Positions 57,727 through 64,000 of a DNA stretch of 64,000 bases are shown piece by piece. Origin of the DNA: an uncultured Candidatus Poseidoniales archaeon (lineage in GTDB: Archaea > Thermoplasmatota > Poseidoniia > Poseidoniales > CAYMED01). The translations under genes were made by a program, and so were the position numbers. The number at the start of each line of letters is the position of its first letter. The first letter of the stretch is position 1. The notes below the pieces were generated by a model, which searched no databases, was not told the DNA's origin, and saw nothing but the letters and a program-made list of their open reading frames with translations. The stretch covers positions 4,679 to 68,678 of the forward strand of contig CAYMED010000006.1 in assembly GCA_964389655.1 (NCBI GenBank), read 5' to 3'.

Positions 57727-60686
57727 GACCAGTATCGCCTTGTTCTAGCATATTCAAGTTCTGCACGGTGAATTGCTTCAAGCAAGGACCGTTCATCAGA
57801 ACCTTCAATCGATCGCAAAACACGCTGAGCTGTTGTTTCACCAATGCCTCTTCCCATCATTGTTAGAATTGCAATTCGGCCATGTCGTTTGACCAGTTCT
57901 GCATTGCGGGTCATGCGGTCACTATGTTCTGGATCATTCAGCCATTTTTTGAGCATGTCACAGAGATTTTCACGAACAGATACAAGCATTTTCCCTTTGC
58001 ACCCGTTACAAGAAAGAGGACCACCCTCAATTTTTGCCACTCGTTGACTGCGAACTCTTTCGCAATTCATGCAAATCATTACTGCACGCTCATTCTCCAA
58101 ACGACTACGTAATTGACTGATGACTTCATCATTGGTAAATTCAGGGAGGCGAAGCCCTTTACGATTTTTTGTTGAAAAGCCCAATGGGCCGGCTGGTGTT
58201 TTGAATACGCGTATTTTCCCTGATTGAATATCTAGGAGAATTTGCTCAGCAGTGATCAAATCAAGACGTTCGTGAATCACTTTATTCATGGATTCTTTCC
58301 ATAACGGGGTACCACGCATCGCTCGCATCATTCCCCCAATCTCTATGCGCCGAGGGTCTTTTACTGTACGAAGGTGACCAAATCCCCGCGCTACTTGCAC
58401 AAAGCGATGTCTCATTGCACGGCTATTGGGCAATACTGTTTCCAAAATAGGCCTTAGCGCGCTTGGAGGAATTGTATTCAACCATCCCTCGACGTCAGAG
58501 GTCGAACAGCCGGGGACATCTAGGTTAATTCTGACGGCATCACTAGACATTGATCCCATGCGTCCCTCACGCGTTGAAGCCATAGCTTGAAGGGCAAGGC
58601 CAAGAGTCTCATTAGCCCCATTACCAGCACAACAAAGTATGGATAATCCACTTTTTCGCCTCTCAATTGTTATTGTGCGGTCATCAGGGATGATTCCTCC
58701 TGTCAAATCTGCGTGCTCAGCGATCCGGGAAAGGATCACCCCTCGTGCTGAAGCATCAATTGGAAGGTCTTTCCAATATCTCATGGCCAGTTGGGAATTT
58801 AAATTCGATTCATCTTGAATTCCAATTTCGATTCCTGCAGCCCTCCTAATGGCTCCAATCTCAAAAGCCACCTCTGCTGGAACAAGGGGGACTTCGCCTG
58901 ACCAAACTGGCGCGTCTGCAAAACTTGTTCCGGGACTGACAACTAATTCACCTTCCTCAAGGTCAGCATCAATCACGGACCACACTCGACCTGCCATGAC
59001 AAATGCGCGTGAATCTGGGTCTGATTCATCTGGAAGGCTAAGAACAAATGATTCATCTACAACCCCAAGAATGCGGCGGCTGACGACATCTCGAACTCGA
59101 ACACGACGCTCATTATGGATCATTGAAAGAGAATGGATCGCTGTTCTCCACCCCCTCCCCGTAGCCTTAAACCAACCATTTTTCCAGCGAGGGGGGATTG
59201 CGCTATTTTCCATCAATTGTTCATCTGATTGGTTCAGATCTTTAGAAATCCATGGCCAATTAGATCGGTCTGCTGCCATTGGATCAGGAAATACATCTAC
59301 CAACCATCGTTCCTGCATTTGCTTAAGAATCTCGATAAGGTATCCACGATCTAAATATTCAAATTGCCCACTAGATCGTAAAAGAGAAACCATGCGCGGA
59401 AGAGGTACAGCACCCTCTGAACGTGAAACAAGTAAACATTGATTCAGAATTACAAGAGTGGGATTGGGACGTGGTGAGACTGGGTCGAGGTCCCCACACA
59501 TTGCTCGACGAGAAATCACTGATGATTCTAAGAGGTCATCAAAATCCCAGCAATAAATTGAACCAATTGCTGTTCCATTCACACAGTGATTAGACCTCCC
59601 AATGCGCTGGACTAGGCGACTAGCAGTTTTGGGTGAACGGAGTTGAACCACAGAACCAATTGTTCCGACATCCAAGCCGAGTTCAAGTGAACTTGTACAG
59701 ATCAGCGCATCTATTTCCCCATTCCGCAAGCGGTTTTCAGCATCTTCTCTAGTTTCATATGCCAAACTACCATGGTGAACATCAACTGTGTGATTAAGCG
59801 ATATTTTATCCAACCTCTGGCCTACTGTTTCTGCTTCTGACCGAGAGGTACAAAATACAAGAGACGGGCCATGATTCGAAATATGTTCTGAAAGTGCGAA
59901 TAAAGCAGCAGTTGCTTCCTTTGATGTTCGAAGTTCATGAGAAGACACTTCAGCCATCTCTGACGCTTCAATCCAACGAGTGGAGATTTGAATTGGGCGG
60001 GGTTTGGGGTCAATCCATACTTTGGCACCATTAGCTACCCAATTTGCAAGTTCTTTCGGATTTCCAACTGTTGCAGAAAGACCAATTCGTTGTAGAGAAT
60101 GACCTGCTAAATCTTCTAAACGAGAAAGGGCAACAGATAGTTGTGATCCTCGCTCTGAAGATGCAATTTCATGTACCTCATCCAAAATCACTGCTTGTAC
60201 TTTGGATATCATCGCACGAACCTTGGGGCCAAGGAAAAGTGCCTGCAATGTCTCAGGAGTTGTTACTAGAAGGTCAGGGGGATTTTTTGTTTGGCGTTGC
60301 CTTTGATAGGGAGATGTATCCCCATGACGGACTGATGTGCTAATATCCAGCACTTTGGCCATTTTGTCTAAGCGAAAACCTAAATCGCGGTTGAGAGACC
60401 TTAGGGGAGTAATATGGATAATTGAGCACGGCGCCCAATTATGGTCCATACGGCGCTGTAAAAGTGGTAACAATGCTGCTTCAGTCTTACCAGAACCCGT
60501 TGGAGCAATCAGTAAGGCATCATCACCATGAATTATTGATTTCATGGATATTTGCTGGATGCCTGTTGGTTTCCAATCCGAAACAATGGGGGAAAAGGCA
60601 GCATTTAACTGCTTGAAAGAGTCGATGATACGACCTCTGCAGGATTTACTGATAAGATTCTGTGACTTCTTCTTCGCTATCCTCAT
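57723..60686 (-). CDS. lhr: Lhr-family SF2 helicase with C-terminal Zn finger and HhH motif (start uncertain)
   Basis: Q motif PTGIQ, APTGSGKT, TTPET, DEVH, SAT, HHGSL, TSSLELGLD, QRIGRS; CMNC..CNGC; GRGIGETTA. Confidence 0.9.
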   Translation of the reverse strand: MRIAKKKSQNLISKSCRGRIIDSFKQLNAAFSPIVSDWKPTGIQQISMKSIIHGDDALLIAPTGSGKTEAALLPLLQRRMDHNWAPCSIIHITPLRSLNRDLGFRLDKMAKVLDISTSVRHGDTSPYQRQRQTKNPPDLLVTTPETLQALFLGPKVRAMISKVQAVILDEVHEIASSERGSQLSVALSRLEDLAGHSLQRIGLSATVGNPKELANWVANGAKVWIDPKPRPIQISTRWIEASEMAEVSSHELRTSKEATAALFALSEHISNHGPSLVFCTSRSEAETVGQRLDKISLNHTVDVHHGSLAYETREDAENRLRNGEIDALICTSSLELGLDVGTIGSVVQLRSPKTASRLVQRIGRSNHCVNGTAIGSIYCWDFDDLLESSVISRRAMCGDLDPVSPRPNPTLVILNQCLLVSRSEGAVPLPRMVSLLRSSGQFEYLDRGYLIEILKQMQERWLVDVFPDPMAADRSNWPWISKDLNQSDEQLMENSAIPPRWKNGWFKATGRGWRTAIHSLSMIHNERRVRVRDVVSRRILGVVDESFVLSLPDESDPDSRAFVMAGRVWSVIDADLEEGELVVSPGTSFADAPVWSGEVPLVPAEVAFEIGAIRRAAGIEIGIQDESNLNSQLAMRYWKDLPIDASARGVILSRIAEHADLTGGIIPDDRTITIERRKSGLSILCCAGNGANETLGLALQAMASTREGRMGSMSSDAVRINLDVPGCSTSDVEGWLNTIPPSALRPILETVLPNSRAMRHRFVQVARGFGHLRTVKDPRRIEIGGMMRAMRGTPLWKESMNKVIHERLDLITAEQILLDIQSGKIRVFKTPAGPLGFSTKNRKGLRLPEFTNDEVISQLRSRLENERAVMICMNCERVRSQRVAKIEGGPLSCNGCKGKMLVSVRENLCDMLKKWLNDPEHSDRMTRNAELVKRHGRIAILTMMGRGIGETTAQRVLRSIEGSDERSLLEAIHRAELEYARTRRYWS

Positions 60687-63600
60687 CAAAGAAATCTTCT
60701 TCATCGTGGTAATACCCTGTTAAATCATCAGGGGAAGTGCGGTTTGCGATAATGGCGACGAGGAAAAGGACAGAAATCATGCCTACAATGGCAAAAATCG
60801 GCAATGGACTTGAGCGGGCTGAGTCAACCCAACCAAATCCACGAGCATACGCAACATCAATTGTGACACAGCCACTATTGTCACCCACATCTTCATTGAC
60901 TTCTGGAATGTCATTTTGGCTATCAATCAGAACAAATACCCGGTCATGCCCTTCTTTGGCATTCCAAGTTGCAGAAATTTCAATCACCTCACCACTATCT
61001 AAACCATTAACAATCGGTCTTGAAGAAAATCGTTCAGTTTCTGTACAAGTCATCCCTGAAGAAAAGTCAACTTGGAACGTTGAATTTGTTTGACCACCCC
61101 GGTTGGTCAGTGTCGCTCGCACTTCAATCTCACTTCCTTCAGAAACAACTGAATCTTCAATCCACAAATTCACCACAGCTAATTCCGCAGACCCTCCTTT
61201 TTCATCTGAGTCCATGCGAGTACCTAATTTAATCCAAGCAGGGTCATTATCCCCCGCTAACGAGAGGGGAAGGCGAATAGGATCTGCCTCTGTATTCTGT
61301 AAACTTGGAAAGGGGTTTCCTGCATGATCTGTTCCCGTCACCCATATGCCAATCGTATTTCCAGAATTAATTTTCTCAACCCCGCATTCTGTGAGGTCAA
61401 TAGAACCTCCCCACTCTAATTCGTCATCAATCTGAGTAATAGACAAAGGAGATAATCCAGCACAAACCGGAAAAATTCCATCCCTCATAATCCAATGTAC
61501 ATTATGGCTTGCATCAATCATTGGAGCATCTTCCCACCCCATGATGCGCACTGGGACCGCTGTGAGGTCTGAAGGATTACTCACATCTAATACTGGAGGT
61601 GGTTCAATGCGATGAGAAACTTGAGGGGGGGAACGATCAACTTCCAACCGTAAAGTCGTTGCAACAAGCCCACCCGTCATATCTTCACCATTTTTAGGAA
61701 TTCCTGAAATTCTGCTGATAAATGTACGAATGGGCGCCCCTGCTTGCGATTCAGATGCATCTAGCGGAACTTCAACTAGAAATGTTCCATCTAAATCAAG
61801 GCTTGAGTCAAGCCAATTCTGTTCCCCATCAAAGATAGATACACGAATCCCTAAGCCAATAGGGGGGGCGATCGAAGTACCTTGGTAAAGAACGCGCCCT
61901 CGAAAGCGCAGACGATCATCTGTGCGAATTCGGTCTCCATCTTTGACAGGACCTATTCGCGGAGTTGAGACGTCTTCGACTAAATGGTCAACTGCAGAAA
62001 AAACAAGGTCATTTTCAACAGAAAATGTATGATCTTCCCAAATCATGACTCTAGGTTGTATTGAGCCCAACTCATGAATCGTAAGAGAAAGGTCTCCGAG
62101 ATCCTCATCGGGCCAATCCCATCCAAATTCAAAACGGAAATCAACAGTTATTAGAGGAAGGCCAGATTCATTCGTTGCAAGATTGATTGTGCTGCTTTGT
62201 AGTAAGCGTATCACTGAACTTTCAGACCAAAACGTCTGGTTGACACCGCTAAAGGCAATTTGTTGCGCATCTCTTTCGGGGTCTGGACCTTCAAAATCAA
62301 ATGTTAGGCCAATCTCCCTAAAGTCTCGCAATCCATTCGCATCTACTAAAGTAACCCGGACTGATTGTTCAATCCCTGAATGAAGGGCTTCGCCATCCAC
62401 GTGAGGAAGCCATCCATCTTTGGAGCATGTCAACATAGATATTTGATCTGGCACCATACACTCTAGCCATTCTAAGCCAAGGACCACGGTGGGGCTATCT
62501 TGTCGTGAACGATAAGTTACTAAGGGAGAATCAATGATGGGGTTTCCGGCCTGATCAGTACCAACAATGCGGTATACCACTCGTGCATTATTTGGGTTAC
62601 GGGAATCATCAATTATAGTTTCAAAGACTTTCTTTTCCGCTGATGTTGAATTGACCATTGTCTTATTGATAAATTCATTCTCTTCAGAAATTCCATTGCG
62701 GTTGATGTCATGTACTGACTCTACCCAGTACTCTAATTTCAGCTGATTTGGATCACCAACTGAATCTAAAATTACATGCTCTATCGTTTGGTCGGAACGT
62801 GCCTCAACGTAATCATTTTGACTAGGACTGGAATAAATCACACTCGGTGGTGTTGCATCGATAAGAAGTGTCCGGCTATGCTGGGGAGTTGGTGGCAAAA
62901 TCCATCTTGGATCTTGTTCATTATAGGTCATCACACTAAGGTCAATTCCCCCCGGCACATCTTGTTTTGGCATTTCCACACTGATGAAGAATGAGCCACC
63001 ATAATTTGAGCGGTCCCTCCAAGATGGATCTGCAATTCCATTTAGTGCAACTTGAACGTCATATACCGCATCTAATGGTGCATCATTGGTCCCATAAAAA
63101 GCAACGTCTCCTGCAAAATGAATCGTTTCACCGGCCATGACCCATTCACCATCCAATACATTCTCTCGTTGTACAAGACCTGAATCATCGATTACTTTCA
63201 CATCAGAGATTCCGTATGAATGATTGACCGATAGGCTTGTGGGGCCAGAAGATAATTCTGCTGGGATACGACCAATAGAGTCTTCACACGCTACTGCAAA
63301 TGCAATTCCGCTTTGCTGAGGAAAGGATTGTTTAACACGAAATGCCCAATGGATCTCAAGGATACCACCGATTTCTTCGGTTGAACTTTGATCGGGTACG
63401 ACTTCTATCCAATCTTGCCCATCTTCATATTCAGTGAATGAACTTGGTGAAGACCATTTCAACTTAGGCGAGTCTGGAAGCGGATTGGCAATAAAACGAA
63501 GATCTGCTTCTACGATCCCACCCGTTGCATCCTCGCCAATCACATGTCGGCTTGTTACAATGTATGGTTGTTCTCTAGCGTGTAGAGTTTCGTTAGATGG

Positions 63601-64000
63601 TACATTGATGTCAAGGTTGACAGTACTCATTACATATTTCATGTTAAATGAAGCAATAGATACCTTTCCGGCAGATTGAGAACCAACTGAAAAAGGAATT
63701 GTAACTACTCCTGTTCCAGTCCCAGGTATTGCTTTGTTTAAAGCAGAAATTAGGGTACTACTCTTTGCTTGTACTGTCCCAACAAGATTTCCTGACCGAG
63801 ACCAATCTTTGGTACCATCATCCCCTATATCTATCGAGACATCGCTTGGGGCATTTGAATATAAAGCAACATGAAAATCGTCAAGAATTGGGGTTGCAAC
63901 ACCAGAAGTTCCGCTTCGCAATTCAAAACATATACGAAGTGTTGTTGATGCCCATGTTGAAAGATCATGGTATTGTCCATTCGAAAGAGGGGTTGATGGA
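60646..64000 (-). CDS. Very large surface protein with Ig-like modules, C-terminal CARDB-like domain, TM anchor and acidic tail (5'-partial)
   Basis: Frame is open to the window edge; DATPP/DRSPP..TDQAGN/TDHAGN Ig motifs; TLTNRG..IDSQNDIPEVNE; TM LPIFAIVGMISVLFLVAIIA. Confidence 0.85.
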   Translation of the reverse strand, partial: PSTPLSNGQYHDLSTWASTTLRICFELRSGTSGVATPILDDFHVALYSNAPSDVSIDIGDDGTKDWSRSGNLVGTVQAKSSTLISALNKAIPGTGTGVVTIPFSVGSQSAGKVSIASFNMKYVMSTVNLDINVPSNETLHAREQPYIVTSRHVIGEDATGGIVEADLRFIANPLPDSPKLKWSSPSSFTEYEDGQDWIEVVPDQSSTEEIGGILEIHWAFRVKQSFPQQSGIAFAVACEDSIGRIPAELSSGPTSLSVNHSYGISDVKVIDDSGLVQRENVLDGEWVMAGETIHFAGDVAFYGTNDAPLDAVYDVQVALNGIADPSWRDRSNYGGSFFISVEMPKQDVPGGIDLSVMTYNEQDPRWILPPTPQHSRTLLIDATPPSVIYSSPSQNDYVEARSDQTIEHVILDSVGDPNQLKLEYWVESVHDINRNGISEENEFINKTMVNSTSAEKKVFETIIDDSRNPNNARVVYRIVGTDQAGNPIIDSPLVTYRSRQDSPTVVLGLEWLECMVPDQISMLTCSKDGWLPHVDGEALHSGIEQSVRVTLVDANGLRDFREIGLTFDFEGPDPERDAQQIAFSGVNQTFWSESSVIRLLQSSTINLATNESGLPLITVDFRFEFGWDWPDEDLGDLSLTIHELGSIQPRVMIWEDHTFSVENDLVFSAVDHLVEDVSTPRIGPVKDGDRIRTDDRLRFRGRVLYQGTSIAPPIGLGIRVSIFDGEQNWLDSSLDLDGTFLVEVPLDASESQAGAPIRTFISRISGIPKNGEDMTGGLVATTLRLEVDRSPPQVSHRIEPPPVLDVSNPSDLTAVPVRIMGWEDAPMIDASHNVHWIMRDGIFPVCAGLSPLSITQIDDELEWGGSIDLTECGVEKINSGNTIGIWVTGTDHAGNPFPSLQNTEADPIRLPLSLAGDNDPAWIKLGTRMDSDEKGGSAELAVVNLWIEDSVVSEGSEIEVRATLTNRGGQTNSTFQVDFSSGMTCTETERFSSRPIVNGLDSGEVIEISATWNAKEGHDRVFVLIDSQNDIPEVNEDVGDNSGCVTIDVAYARGFGWVDSARSSPLPIFAIVGMISVLFLVAIIANRTSPDDLTGYYHDEEDFFDEDSEEEVTESYQ

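Noticed and set aside
1-64000. Defence island, provirus or IS elements
   Set aside because: No transposase, integrase, capsid, restriction-modification, toxin-antitoxin or cas genes were recognised; Lhr and ParA are in housekeeping context

Overview
Gene-dense, mostly core-genome segment of an archaeon, most likely a marine Thermoplasmatota (Marine Group II/III-like). The assignment is inferred from archaeal EF-1alpha, S8e, SRP19, family-B polymerase, GINS and VAT/Cdc48 occurring together with bacterial-type GpsA, ThrRS, IlvE and FolC and several large acidic surface proteins. There are about 48 CDS and one tRNA-Leu(CAA); I found no CRISPR, IS, integrase or phage genes. The best candidates for undescribed systems are three. 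(1) A presenilin/SPP-type GxGD protease carries a ~375-aa extracellular, probably beta-propeller, insert between TM3 and TM4, and lies tail-to-tail with a large single-pass surface protein (53.5 kb). (2) A roadblock gene is coupled to a 1095-aa DUF2226-like/roadblock/DUF2226-like/coiled-coil/acidic-tail protein, a possible polarity or division scaffold (34.4-38 kb). (3) A DUF4350-DUF58-membrane protein cluster lacks its usual MoxR ATPase and sits downstream of Cdc48/VAT and a PRC-barrel gene (39.5-46 kb). Other notable items: adjacent Trm9-like and Ncs6/TtuA genes, an overlapping agmatinase/deoxyhypusine-synthase pair, a ThrRS with a PVC-like core, a protist-like dCTP deaminase, a G3P dehydrogenase in an archaeon, possible non-AUG starts and TATA-poor promoters. 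All family calls come from motif recognition by eye, with no database searches.
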